Shown piece by piece: positions 47,965 through 57,553 of a stretch of 64,000 nt of DNA (positions are counted from its first letter, which is position 1; the number at the start of each line of letters is the position of its first letter). This DNA is from Candidatus Multivoradales bacterium. GTDB lineage: Bacteria > Acidobacteriota > Thermoanaerobaculia > Multivoradales > J023. The notes below the pieces were generated by a model. The model saw nothing but the letters and a program-made list of their open reading frames with translations. It had not been told where the DNA came from and made no database searches. The stretch covers positions 1,248,001 through 1,312,000 of the forward strand of contig CBDFLE010000006.1 of assembly GCA_965248925.1 (NCBI GenBank), written 5' to 3'. A program made the translations under genes and the position numbers.

Positions 47965-47966
47965 CT

Positions 47967-48494
47967 TCAGAAGCTAAACCGCGACACCCAGCGCCGCGGC
48001 TCGAAAGGCGGGATCGCCAGCGGCTCCAGCAGCTCAGTGCCGGGCTCGAGGAGTTGGCGGAAGTCGACCTTCTCGCCAGTGCGGTAGAAGTGCTCGAGGT
48101 AACGCCAATCGGCGGCCGACCAATCACCCAGCCATTGATCGAAATCCGCCAGGCCCGCCTCGCGGAAAAGCTGCAAGGCGTAGCGCGCCGCTTCTTGCTC
48201 GTAAAGCCGCACTTTTTCCAGCAAATGCGCCGGCGGTTTCTACACCCCATAGCGAGTGCCGAGTTCGCGAGCATCGTAGTCCACCGCCCACTGCACGGTG
48301 TGGCCGAAGAGGTGGGCCAGGATAAATACCGCCAAGTCAAAATCCAGATCTTAGTCGACCCGGATCGATACGCCATCGAAGTCGCCGGTGTTGGGAGCGA
48401 CCACATCGGAGATCATCACCGGCAAACCATATCGACGCTCGATGTGGCGCTCCAACCGGTCGTAAGCTTGCTTGAGGTTCAACTTGCGACCCAT
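47967..48494 (-). pseudogene. Hypothetical protein (HLFGH motif) with two in-frame stops
   Basis: 175-codon frame from ATG 48494 (MGRKLNLKQAYDRL...) interrupted by TAA at 48351-48353 and TAG at 48240-48242. Confidence 0.7.
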
Positions 48495-48523
48495 CCAAGT
48501 CACTGTTTCTTGAGCGGTGACGG

Positions 48524-49927
48524 TCATCCTTCGCTGCCCAAGTCCAGGACTTGAACGGTCATTCGCTGGCGCAGGGTGGCAGCTTGCGCAGCGATCTGCT
48601 CGGGGGCAGTTCCCCCCTCTGAAGTGCGCCGCTCGGCGGCACGGCGGGGATCGAGCACCTCGCTCAAGTCGGTGGCCAGGGTCGGGTGGAAGCGGCCGGC
48701 GATCTCCGGAGTCAGGGCCAACAGATCGGTGCCCTGCTCTTCACACCAGCGGACGATCTGGCCGACGACCTCGTGCGCCTGACGGAACGGTACTCCCTCG
48801 GCGGACATCAGGTCGGCAAGTTCTGTGGCGAGGCTGAAATCCCCCTGCAGAGCCGCCTCGAAACGATCTCTTCGCACCTCCAAAGTGCGCCAACAACCGG
48901 CCATGATCTCCAGACTCGCTTGCAGAGTCTCGACGGCATCGAAGAGCGGCTCGCGGTCTTCTTGCAAATCTCGGTTGTAGGCTAGCGGCAGACCCTTGGT
49001 CAGGTGCAGCAGAGCCATCAGGTCGCCAACCACCCGCGACGCCTTACCGCGCACCAGCTCGGCAGCATCCGGATTGCGCTTCTGCGGCATGATCGACGAA
49101 CCGGTGGCGTAGGCCTCGCCGAGACGCACGAAGGCGAACTCGCTGGAGGACCACAGCACCAGCTCTTCGGCCATGCGACTGAGGTGGGTGGCGCAGATCG
49201 CCGCCGCTGCCGCCACCTCTTGCTGGTGATCGCGGGCGGCCACCGCGTCCATGGCGTTGACGGCCACGGAGGCAAAACTGAGCAGCTCGGCGGTGCGCTC
49301 GCGATCGATCGGATGCGGGGTGCCGGCCATCGCACACGCTCCCAGGGGGCATTTATCAAGTCGGGCAAGGGCATCGGCAAAGCGGCCACGGTCGCGCTCG
49401 AGCGCCCAGGCATGGGCCAGCAACTGATGACCCAGCAAAATCGGCTGGCCGCGCTGCAAGTGGGTGTAACCCGGCATCAACACCTGGCCGTCGACCCCTT
49501 CCACCCGATCGAGCAAGGCGGTCAACAACTCGTCCAAGGCCCGATCAACTTCCACCAGGCGGCGCTTGAGCCACAGACGGACATCGGTCGCCACCTGATC
49601 GTTGCGCGAGCGGGCGGTGTGCAGCCGTCCACCAACCTCGCCCAGCAGGGTGGTGAGCCGCGCCTCGATCGCCATGTGGATATCCTCGTCGGCGTCTCCC
49701 GGGCGCAACTCACCGGCGGTTAGTTCAGCCGCCACTTGGTGGAGGCCCGCGACCAGGGCCGCCGCATCAGCGCTGTCGAGAATGCCCTGCTCGCCGAGCA
49801 TGCGAACATGGGCCAGCGAGCCGTCGACATCTTCCCGCCACATCCGCAGGTCGACCTCGGTCGACGACGAGTAGGACTGCATGTCGGCCCCGGTGGCGGT
49901 ACCAAATCGACCGCGCAAGCGACTCAT
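48524..49927 (-). CDS. argH: Argininosuccinate lyase
   Basis: [29 protein letters not shown] and [10 protein letters not shown] motifs. Confidence 0.97.
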   Translation of the reverse strand: MSRLRGRFGTATGADMQSYSSSTEVDLRMWREDVDGSLAHVRMLGEQGILDSADAAALVAGLHQVAAELTAGELRPGDADEDIHMAIEARLTTLLGEVGGRLHTARSRNDQVATDVRLWLKRRLVEVDRALDELLTALLDRVEGVDGQVLMPGYTHLQRGQPILLGHQLLAHAWALERDRGRFADALARLDKCPLGACAMAGTPHPIDRERTAELLSFASVAVNAMDAVAARDHQQEVAAAAAICATHLSRMAEELVLWSSSEFAFVRLGEAYATGSSIMPQKRNPDAAELVRGKASRVVGDLMALLHLTKGLPLAYNRDLQEDREPLFDAVETLQASLEIMAGCWRTLEVRRDRFEAALQGDFSLATELADLMSAEGVPFRQAHEVVGQIVRWCEEQGTDLLALTPEIAGRFHPTLATDLSEVLDPRRAAERRTSEGGTAPEQIAAQAATLRQRMTVQVLDLGSEG

Positions 49928-51129
49928 TCACCCTCCGAGATGCGACGCTGGCCAAAGGACCGCAGCCGCAGCGCGCCGAGGCGGATGAAGCCAGTGGCGT
50001 CAGACTGATCGAAAACATCGTCGGCCTCAAAGGTAGCGGTTTGCTCGTCATACAAGGTGTGCTCGTCAGAGCGCCGGCCTTCGAGGGTGACGTTGCCTTT
50101 GTAGAGCTTCAGTCGTGCCTCGCCGCCGACCCGCTTTTGCACGTTGTCCACGAACGATTGCAGGGCCTCGCGCTCAGGGCTGAACCAGTAGCCGTTGTAG
50201 ACCATCGCCGCATAGCGCGGCATCAACTCGTCGCACAGGTGGGCGACCTCGCGGTCCAAAGTGATCGATTCGACGGCGCGGTGAGCGTGGTGCAACAAGG
50301 TCGCTCCCGGTGTTTCGTAGACTCCTCGGCTTTTCATCCCCAAGAAACGATTCTCGACGATGTCGACCCGGCCTACACCATGCCTTCCAGCCAATCTGTT
50401 GAGCTTCTCGAGCAAGGCCACCGGCGCCAACTCCTCGCCATCCACTGCCACCGGATTGCCCTGGTCGAAGCGAATGGCCACCCATTCGGGCTGGTCGGGG
50501 GCGAGCTGCGGATCGACGGTCATGCGAAACATATCCGCCGGCGGCGCTGCCCAAGGGTCCTCCAGAACCCCCCCTTCGTAGGAGATGTGCATCAGATTGG
50601 CATCCATCGAGTATTCGGGCTTGGGTGCCGCCGCCAGGTCGATCTGGTGCCGCTGGGCGTAGGCCACCAGGTCGGAACGGCCCTTGTACTCCCATTCTCT
50701 CCATGGCGCGATGATCTGGATGTTGGGATCAAGTCCATAGGCGGCGAACTCAAATCGGATCTGATCGTTGCCTTTGCCGGTGGCACCATGAGCAATCGCC
50801 TCGCAACCTAGCCGCTTGGCGGCGCGCATCATGCCGCGAGCGATCACCGGCCGGGCCAAGGCGGTGCCCATCAGGTAATAGCCCTCGTAGATGGCACTGG
50901 CGCGCAACGCCGGAAAAATACAATCGCGGACGAATTCTTCGCGCAGATCTTCGATCACCAGACCATCGGAACCGGTGATCTCAGCTCCTCGGCGCGCCTT
51001 CTCCAGCTCGTCGGAACCTTGGCCAACATCACCGGTGTAGGCCACCACCTCAGCGTCGTACTGGCGCTGAATCCAGTGCAGGATTACCGACGTATCGAGC
51101 CCACCAGAGTAGGCCAACAAGACTTTCAT
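49924..51129 (-). CDS. argG: Argininosuccinate synthase
   Basis: [20 protein letters not shown] and [12 protein letters not shown] motifs. Confidence 0.98.
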   Translation of the reverse strand: MKVLLAYSGGLDTSVILHWIQRQYDAEVVAYTGDVGQGSDELEKARRGAEITGSDGLVIEDLREEFVRDCIFPALRASAIYEGYYLMGTALARPVIARGMMRAAKRLGCEAIAHGATGKGNDQIRFEFAAYGLDPNIQIIAPWREWEYKGRSDLVAYAQRHQIDLAAAPKPEYSMDANLMHISYEGGVLEDPWAAPPADMFRMTVDPQLAPDQPEWVAIRFDQGNPVAVDGEELAPVALLEKLNRLAGRHGVGRVDIVENRFLGMKSRGVYETPGATLLHHAHRAVESITLDREVAHLCDELMPRYAAMVYNGYWFSPEREALQSFVDNVQKRVGGEARLKLYKGNVTLEGRRSDEHTLYDEQTATFEADDVFDQSDATGFIRLGALRLRSFGQRRISEGE

Positions 51130-51134
51130 GGTTC

Positions 51135-51602
51135 TCAGGTCTCCAAGATCTCTTCCAGCCGGGTCACCAGCTTGGCGCCGCCATCGAGGCCGCGAGCCAC
51201 CACCATCACCGTGTCATCACCAGCCAAAGTAGCCACCACGTCATCAAGACCAGCACTGTCGAGAACCGCCGCCAGGGCACTGGCGGCCCCCGGCGGAGTG
51301 CGTAGCAACGCCAGGTTGAGGGAGTGGTCGAGTTCGACGACGAAGTCCCGCAGCATCCGAGCAAGCTCGGTGTAGCCGCCTGCCAGCCCGAGGTTTCGCC
51401 GCAGGCTGTAGTACTCCGTGCCATCGGCCGCCGCGACCTTCTCGGCACCTAGCTCCGCCAAGTCGCGCGACACGGTGGTCTGAGTGACTCGGTGGCCGCT
51501 TTCGGCGAGCAGCGCGACGAGGTCGGACTGCTGATTTATTTGCCGCCCGCCCACCAGCCGACGGATCAGCAAGCGGCGCGCACTGGCACGATGGCGAGTC
51601 AT
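51135..51602 (-). CDS. argR: Arginine repressor
   Basis: [10 protein letters not shown] and TLAGDDT motifs. Confidence 0.95.
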   Translation of the reverse strand: MTRHRASARRLLIRRLVGGRQINQQSDLVALLAESGHRVTQTTVSRDLAELGAEKVAAADGTEYYSLRRNLGLAGGYTELARMLRDFVVELDHSLNLALLRTPPGAASALAAVLDSAGLDDVVATLAGDDTVMVVARGLDGGAKLVTRLEEILET

Positions 51603-51619
51603 TTAAGATCTCTGCAAGT

Positions 51620-51656
51620 TTGCGAATGCTAAATTGCAATGCGCATACGCGCATAG
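51620..51656 (-). promoter_or_regulatory. Possible ARG-box-like operator upstream of argR
   Basis: TTGCGAATGCTAAATTGCAATGCGCATACGCGCAT, imperfect palindromes directly upstream of argR. Confidence 0.35.
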
Positions 51657-51695
51657 TAGCTAGAGACTCGAAGCTTTGTCAAGCAGCAGCCGTGG

Positions 51696-52403
51696 CTAGC
51701 CAACAAATCTATAGCCGCGTCCACGAACCGTGTGGATATAGCGTGGTTTGGCGGGCTGCGGTTCCAGCTTGTGGCGCAGCGCGGCCACATGCACATCGAC
51801 GGTGCGAGTCTGCGGCGTGGCGCTGTAGCCCCACACCTCGTCGAGCAGCAGGTCGCGACTGAGCACCTTGTCCCGCTGCTCGACAAAGTAGGCCAGGAGG
51901 CGGAATTCGAGGGCCGACAAGTCTACCGGCTGGCCCGCGCGCAAGACTTCACCGCGTTCGAAGTCGATTCGCACATCACCGAACAGATAGCTGCCGGTGC
52001 CAGGCTCGATCGGCGAGCGAGCCCGGCGCAGCAAGGCTTCGATTCTGGCCAGCAGTTCCAGCATCTCGAAGGGCTTGGTCAGATAGTCATCCGCGCCAAT
52101 CTTCAGGCCGACCACTTTGTCGACCACCTGACTGCGGGCGGTGAGCATCAGCACCGGTATCCGCAAGTCGTGGCGACGCAGGTCGCGACAGACATCGAGC
52201 CCGCTCTTCTTCGGTAACATCAGATCCAGAATCACCAGGTCGTAATGACCGCTCAGGGCGAGTTCCAGCCCACGCTCGCCGTCGGTCGCGACCTCGACTT
52301 CGTAGTCTTCGCTTCGCAAGCGGTCTTCCAGGGTCAGCACCAAGCTAGGCTCGTCCTCGACCACCAAAACACGGCGCCGTGGTGGGCGCGGCTCAACCAA
52401 CAT
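51696..52403 (-). CDS. OmpR/PhoB family response regulator
   Basis: REC domain (VEDE, LDLMLP, GADDYLTKPF) and winged helix (RTVDVHV...RGRGY). Confidence 0.95.
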   Translation of the reverse strand: MLVEPRPPRRRVLVVEDEPSLVLTLEDRLRSEDYEVEVATDGERGLELALSGHYDLVILDLMLPKKSGLDVCRDLRRHDLRIPVLMLTARSQVVDKVVGLKIGADDYLTKPFEMLELLARIEALLRRARSPIEPGTGSYLFGDVRIDFERGEVLRAGQPVDLSALEFRLLAYFVEQRDKVLSRDLLLDEVWGYSATPQTRTVDVHVAALRHKLEPQPAKPRYIHTVRGRGYRFVG

Positions 52404-54159
52404 GACTAACCTCTGGCATCGCCAGCGGCAAACGCAAAGTAAAGCGGCTGCCTTCCCCTGGAACCGAACGCAGCTCTAACCCGCCGCCATGGCCTTCCGC
52501 GAAGTGACGCACCAGACTGAGCCCAAGACCGCTGCCACCGGTAGCTCCCGCAGCCGCCAGCCGGCCGCGGACAAAGGGCTCGAAGATACTCTGCTGCTCA
52601 GCCAGCGGAATACCCGGGCCGCGGTCGGCCACCGCGACCCGCAGCTCACAGCCATCCTCGATGGTCGCCTCGACTCCGATCCAACCGCCTTCACCGGCAT
52701 ACTTGATGGCATTGGTCACCAGATTCTGCAAAGCCCGCCGCAGGGCTGCCCCATCGACCCACAGACTCGGTAACGCCTCAGGCAGGTGTTGCTCCAGTTC
52801 GACCCCCCGCTGCTCGAGCGCTGGACGGCAGTCTTCGAGCGCCGCTTGGATGACCGCCAGAGGCTCGACCTCGGAGCGTTGGTAGTCGCGGCCGCCTGCT
52901 TCCATGCCGGCAAACTCCATCACCTGGCCCACCATCTCACTGAGCCGCCGCCCTTCGCTGTCGATCATCCGCCCATATTGTCGAATTTTGGCGCCGTCGC
53001 GCACCACCCCATCGGCCAGGTTCTGGCCCGCCGAACGCATCGCCGCCAGCGGAGTCAGCAGCTCGTGGCTGACCCCGGCGACAAACTCCAGGCGCTGCTG
53101 AGCCAGGCGCTGCGCTCGTCGGCTCGACGCCACCAACAGCAAGGCGCTCAAGCCGAGCAGGGCGAGCACCGCCAGGCTGACCGCCAGATTGCGCCGCCGA
53201 GCACGATCGATCGCCGCTTCGAGAGACCCTGCTGGATGGGTCACCGACAAGCGCCACCGCGGCACATCGCGCAACGCCAGTGCCAAACCCAAGGGCGCAC
53301 GATGGCGATGCCGAGGCTCGCCAACCGTCTCCTTCCGCGACGGGCCATGACCCTCGACCCCATGCTTGGCAACCCGTGGATGCGGCAAACCGAAGTAATC
53401 GGGGGACAGCAAAGCAAACATTCCCACCTGGACATCGGCGCGCCGCGCCACCGATCCGCTGGTGAACAGCACGCGCTGGTCCGAGCGACGCTCGACCGTC
53501 ACTCGATAGGCACCATCGGCGGTCGCGATGAGATGGCGTTCCACCAAGATCGGTAAGAGACTGCTGAGCAGCAGCTCCTGATCGATCCAAAACACCAGAA
53601 AAGTCGCCCCTTCGCGCCAGCCATGGCCGGCACGAAAGGTACCTAAAAGAGGCTGCACAAAGACCGGCAACTCGTCGTGCCCCGCACTCACCCGCCGCTG
53701 CCGCTCACCACGGCGGCGGCGCAGGACATCAAAACGCTGATTCAAATCAGCCAGCTCCGCCGGCCAAGCGGCCGGCGCCAACACTCCGCTAGTCGAATCC
53801 AAGCTCTCCATCACCGGTCCACTTGCCTGCAGCCGTACCACCAACACTTCGCGCAGCAGCTCGGGATGCTCGACCAAAGTAGGCCAGCGCTCGGCGCTCT
53901 GCGCCAAAGCCAGCGCCAACTCCTCGGAACTGCCGCCAGACACATTCCGGTAGAGCAAGGCGAGTTGGGTGAGCTGACGATCGACTCCATCGGCAACCTG
54001 CCGAGCCGACGCTTCGAGGGCTGCTTGCGCGCGCCCTCGCTCACCTTCGCTGAGCTGTCCCAGCCAACGGTGCTGAAGCCAGGCCAGCAAGATCAGCAGC
54101 GCCAGTAAGACAGCCGCCAGTACCGCCGGAGCTACTTGTCTGAGCCCTGTGGATCGCAT
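52393..54159 (-). CDS. Sensor histidine kinase
   Basis: Two TM segments, VSHELLTPL, NLVTNAIKY, DRGPG and GSGLGL. Confidence 0.94.
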   Translation of the reverse strand: MRSTGLRQVAPAVLAAVLLALLILLAWLQHRWLGQLSEGERGRAQAALEASARQVADGVDRQLTQLALLYRNVSGGSSEELALALAQSAERWPTLVEHPELLREVLVVRLQASGPVMESLDSTSGVLAPAAWPAELADLNQRFDVLRRRRGERQRRVSAGHDELPVFVQPLLGTFRAGHGWREGATFLVFWIDQELLLSSLLPILVERHLIATADGAYRVTVERRSDQRVLFTSGSVARRADVQVGMFALLSPDYFGLPHPRVAKHGVEGHGPSRKETVGEPRHRHRAPLGLALALRDVPRWRLSVTHPAGSLEAAIDRARRRNLAVSLAVLALLGLSALLLVASSRRAQRLAQQRLEFVAGVSHELLTPLAAMRSAGQNLADGVVRDGAKIRQYGRMIDSEGRRLSEMVGQVMEFAGMEAGGRDYQRSEVEPLAVIQAALEDCRPALEQRGVELEQHLPEALPSLWVDGAALRRALQNLVTNAIKYAGEGGWIGVEATIEDGCELRVAVADRGPGIPLAEQQSIFEPFVRGRLAAAGATGGSGLGLSLVRHFAEGHGGGLELRSVPGEGSRFTLRLPLAMPEVSHVG

Positions 54160-54215
54160 TGCTTCAGTATAACTCGTTTCTCGGTGAAGGCTTCACAAGC
54201 CACAGTACACTTTGG

Positions 54216-54250
54216 CTTTACAAACCTTACAAAGAGCTTGCAAAAGCTTG
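54216..54250 (+). promoter_or_regulatory. Tandem direct repeats, candidate OmpR/CpxR-type binding site
   Basis: TTACAAA at 54218 and 54227 and TTGCAAA at 54238, between the divergent kinase and EF-hand genes. Confidence 0.5.
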
Positions 54251-54373
54251 GGGACAGCAGCGCGCTGTCCTCCTATGATAATTCAGTGATCACGGCCAAC
54301 GCCTTGCTTGACCAGCCCGAAATCAGAAGGATGCAAAACACCCAACCCCTCAATGTAACGTGAGGTACCGAAA

Positions 54374-55231
54374 ATGGAACGCACAAGTCTGTTTACGATC
54401 GCCGCTACCGCGGCCGCCCTGTTCGCCGGTTCAGCCTTGGCTCAGCCCGCCGGCGACGATGCTGCGAAGGGACCTGGAGCCCACCACCCTGGCCACCGAC
54501 TGGGAGGCATGCTCGTTCGTACCGCCGATGTCGACCAAGACGGCGCGGTCAGCCAAGACGAGTGGCAGGACTTCCTCGCCCTCCTCGACATCAGCGGCAA
54601 CGGCGAGATCGAACCGCAGATCCTGCACCAGATCGTCAACCACCGCCGCCTGACCACTCGCCTCAGCCTGCTCCTGGACCGCGATGACGACGGCCTGGTG
54701 ACCCCGGTTGACCTGGAGGAACTCTTCGCCCACTTCGACCAAAACGACGACGGCATGCTGAGCGAAGAAGACCGGCCCGGCGACGGCCCCGCCGATGACC
54801 AAACCCGCCACCCTCACCGGGGTCGTGGCAGGGGCCACGGACACCACGACGGTGGCTTTGTTAGGCTGGCCGATGCCGACCAGGACCAGACGGTCAGCGC
54901 TGAAGAATGGCGGACCTTCGTCGACAGCTTGGAGATCGGTTCTGACGGCGGCTTCGAGCTAGGCCAATTCGCCGACCGGCCCCAGCCCCCAACCGCCGGC
55001 CACCCCGGCCACGGCCAGCGGCATCCTGGCGGCTTGCTCGATAGCGACCAGGACGGCACCCTCGAAATCGACGACTTGCAAGCCATCTTCAGCCAGCTCG
55101 ACAGCAACTCCGACGGCACATTGGACGCTGAGGAACTCCCCCATCGCCGCCACCACCTTGGCCGGCAAGGCCGGCGGGGCCGGTCGGGCCAAGGGGGCAG
55201 GGGCGGCTTCGGCCAACCCGCCAACATCTAA
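54374..55231 (+). CDS. Secreted EF-hand protein with His/Gly-rich linkers
   Basis: Signal peptide (ALA-Q) and about 8 DxDxDG-type loops (DVDQDGAVSQDE, DRDDDGLV, DQNDDGMLSEED, DSNSDGTLDAEE). Confidence 0.88.
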   Translation: MERTSLFTIAATAAALFAGSALAQPAGDDAAKGPGAHHPGHRLGGMLVRTADVDQDGAVSQDEWQDFLALLDISGNGEIEPQILHQIVNHRRLTTRLSLLLDRDDDGLVTPVDLEELFAHFDQNDDGMLSEEDRPGDGPADDQTRHPHRGRGRGHGHHDGGFVRLADADQDQTVSAEEWRTFVDSLEIGSDGGFELGQFADRPQPPTAGHPGHGQRHPGGLLDSDQDGTLEIDDLQAIFSQLDSNSDGTLDAEELPHRRHHLGRQGRRGRSGQGGRGGFGQPANI

Positions 55232-55276
55232 GCTGCTGAACTCACCCTCCCCGACGCGGTCCTGCCGCACCTCCCA

Positions 55277-55313
55277 GGCGGCCCCCGGCAACAGCTGTGG
55301 GCCGCCCTTTCTT
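55277..55313 (+). terminator. Putative intrinsic terminator
   Basis: GGCGGCCC...GGGCCGCC stem followed by CTTTCTT. Confidence 0.45.
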
Positions 55314-55420
55314 CATCCCTACAATCCCCACCCCCCGAGCCTCGGCCAACAACCTTCAGCCCAACGCCTGACAGAATGCATTCTCTCAGGCGTCAAGATG
55401 TCATGCTGAATCGGTGATCG

Positions 55421-56056
55421 TTGGCTCTGGCCAACCACAGCCTCCTCTGCCAAGTCGCAGGGGATCCAACCGTCGACATCCGCGCTAGTCAGTCAATCCT
55501 CGGGGTGTGGAAAGGCGGCCACGAAATAGAACGTCAACCCGCACCGCAGCGACCCAGCGGCCCAGCGATATTGCGACAGGTGGCGACTTTCGGCGAGGCC
55601 GATCTGTCATCAGACTTCGGTAGCGATTGGGCCCCCTCGGACGACAGCTTGCGCGGCGGCGACTCGACGGTCGAACTGAACACTACACAGCGGAGCGATG
55701 GCGACGACTGGGCCCTACACATCCAAGGAACGCTCAGCGCGGACTACCCCTTTCCCTGGGCCGGAGCCATGGTGTTCACCGGCCAGCCACCGATGCAGGC
55801 AGTGGACCTATCAGTCCATCGTTCAATTTCTTTCGAGGTACGTGGCGATCATGACCACTTAAACCTCCTGGTGTTCAGCGGCAGCGCTGCCATTCCGGCT
55901 TCCAAGATTCTCAAGATCAGCAGTGAGTGGCAGCGTCTTGAGGTATCGTTCGAAGATCTCGGAGCCGAGGCGGCCAGCCTCAAAGCGTTCCTCTTCTCCG
56001 CCGGCCCTGAGCGCGGTTCCTTTGAGTTGTGGATCGACAACGTGCTCTTGCAGTAA
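55421..56056 (+). pseudogene. CIA30-like domain preceded by the last strands of an amidohydrolase (5'-deleted remnant)
   Basis: GDPTVDIRASQSILGVWKGG is a typical amidohydrolase C-terminus, followed by SDDSLRGGDS...ISFEVRGD...FELWIDNV. No convincing start or RBS. Confidence 0.6.
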
Positions 56057-56072
56057 TATTACTGGAGATTGC

Positions 56073-56100
56073 TTGACAGGCGAGAACCCTAGGCTATACT
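56073..56100 (+). promoter_or_regulatory. Sigma70-type promoter
   Basis: TTGACA-N16-TATACT about 60 bp upstream of the peptide gene. Confidence 0.65.
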
Positions 56101-56162
56101 TCTTCCGTCCCTTATTAGATGGTATCGGTCTTGCTCTATGCAAATACTTGGAGGATCTCCTG

Positions 56163-56381
56163 ATGAAAGCCTGTCGGCTCTTTTTTCTTGTAGCGCTAGT
56201 ATCTCTTTTCTCCGCTTCGCATCTCGCCAGCCAAGCTGATTGCCAGACGATTTGCCAGGAAGGCAACACGATCTACCCCACCTACTTCTGCATAGTAGCT
56301 GCATACCCGAACGACTGCACCTACTGCACCGTAACCTGCCCGAGCGGCGGCGGCGGTGGTCAAGTACTGGTCCAACACTAA
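56163..56381 (+). CDS. Small secreted 6-Cys peptide (72 aa)
   Basis: GGAGG RBS, signal peptide, mature C-x3-C-x11-C-x8-C-x2-C-x3-C followed by PSGGGGG. Confidence 0.75.
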   Translation: MKACRLFFLVALVSLFSASHLASQADCQTICQEGNTIYPTYFCIVAAYPNDCTYCTVTCPSGGGGGQVLVQH

Positions 56382-56395
56382 GCCGAGGTCTCGCG

Positions 56396-57523
56396 ATGAG
56401 AATCTGCGGACTCGTGTTCGTTCTTGCGTTCGCCTCTGTTCTGAGTATCGCGCCACTGAGCCTGGGCGTTGTGGAGGCATCTTGTCAGCGAGTTGAACTC
56501 ACCGGCGACGTAGGTATTGTCGCGTCAGCAGTCTGGGGTCCAGCCGAAGAGGCCCTCTGGTTGGCCGACAGCATGGCCGGAGCACTACTGAAAGTCTCCA
56601 TCGACGGCAACTTCGTCGAGCGAGTAGAGCCGCGCGGACGGAACCTGCACGAACTCTTCCGACCAGCGCGGATTCTTCGCCACGGCCAGGGATACGTCGT
56701 CCTGGAGATGGTCGATCGTCTGATCTGGCACGATGGCGAGATGCAGCCCCTCTTCGCCAGGGATCTGCGCCAACACAGTTCCACCTCAGAGCTTCCCGAT
56801 GACATCACCTCTCTGGCCTTGACCGACCCCGTCCTGATCGGCTCCGAACTCTACGCCTACGGCTTTTTGCAGCCCAAGGGTGAGTCCTCGAAAGTACGTA
56901 GCTTTCTGCACTTCCGACTCGATCCCAAGTTCGAGTTGGTCGAGCAGATTCGCCAGATTCCCTGGGACAGCCCAGCGGCACCCCACTACGCCTTTCACCC
57001 CTACGTGGTGGCGGTGGCTGGCGACCGGGCTTGGGGGTTGTCCTTCGCCGAGCCGCCGAGTATCTTCTCTCTCTCGCCGCCGCATCAGGTACTGAAGACC
57101 TTTCCTCCTGGCTTCGAGCAGCTGCCGACCCTGACTCATTCCAGACCCGGTAGCTTTGCAGCCGTGTTTAGGCGGATCGCCCTGTCGACCACGCCGACGG
57201 CTCTCCTCGGCCACGGTGAGTTCCTCTATTTGCTGACCCGGCGGCCAACAGCCGAAGCCACACTCTGGCAACTGCACCAGATTGACCCACGGACAGACCG
57301 ACTGCTGAAAACTGTCGATCTGCCCACCGTGGCGCCTCATTTGATCGTCGTTCCAGGCGCGAAGCGTTGGGCGGTGCTGGAGGCGCAGGGCTTGCAGGAG
57401 CCCGCCGAAGGTACTCCCCGCCAACCGATCCCCTCGATGCTATTGATCGATTCCCAGTGGATCACCAACCCTGAGACTAAGGCCAGTGGGCAGCTAGGAA
57501 AATGTTCTAGCATCGCCCCCTGA
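56396..57523 (+). CDS. Secreted putative beta-propeller protein
   Basis: GAGG RBS, signal peptide, NHL-like blades (LWLADSMAGALLKVSIDG, LYLLTR, WQLHQIDP). Confidence 0.6.
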   Translation: MRICGLVFVLAFASVLSIAPLSLGVVEASCQRVELTGDVGIVASAVWGPAEEALWLADSMAGALLKVSIDGNFVERVEPRGRNLHELFRPARILRHGQGYVVLEMVDRLIWHDGEMQPLFARDLRQHSSTSELPDDITSLALTDPVLIGSELYAYGFLQPKGESSKVRSFLHFRLDPKFELVEQIRQIPWDSPAAPHYAFHPYVVAVAGDRAWGLSFAEPPSIFSLSPPHQVLKTFPPGFEQLPTLTHSRPGSFAAVFRRIALSTTPTALLGHGEFLYLLTRRPTAEATLWQLHQIDPRTDRLLKTVDLPTVAPHLIVVPGAKRWAVLEAQGLQEPAEGTPRQPIPSMLLIDSQWITNPETKASGQLGKCSSIAP

Positions 57524-57553
57524 CCCCGCGCCGCTAGCGGTCACCTTAATAGC

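Noticed and set aside
48240-48353. Stop-codon reassignment or pyrrolysine read-through
   Set aside because: The two stops differ (TAA and TAG), and both terminate many normal genes in this window.
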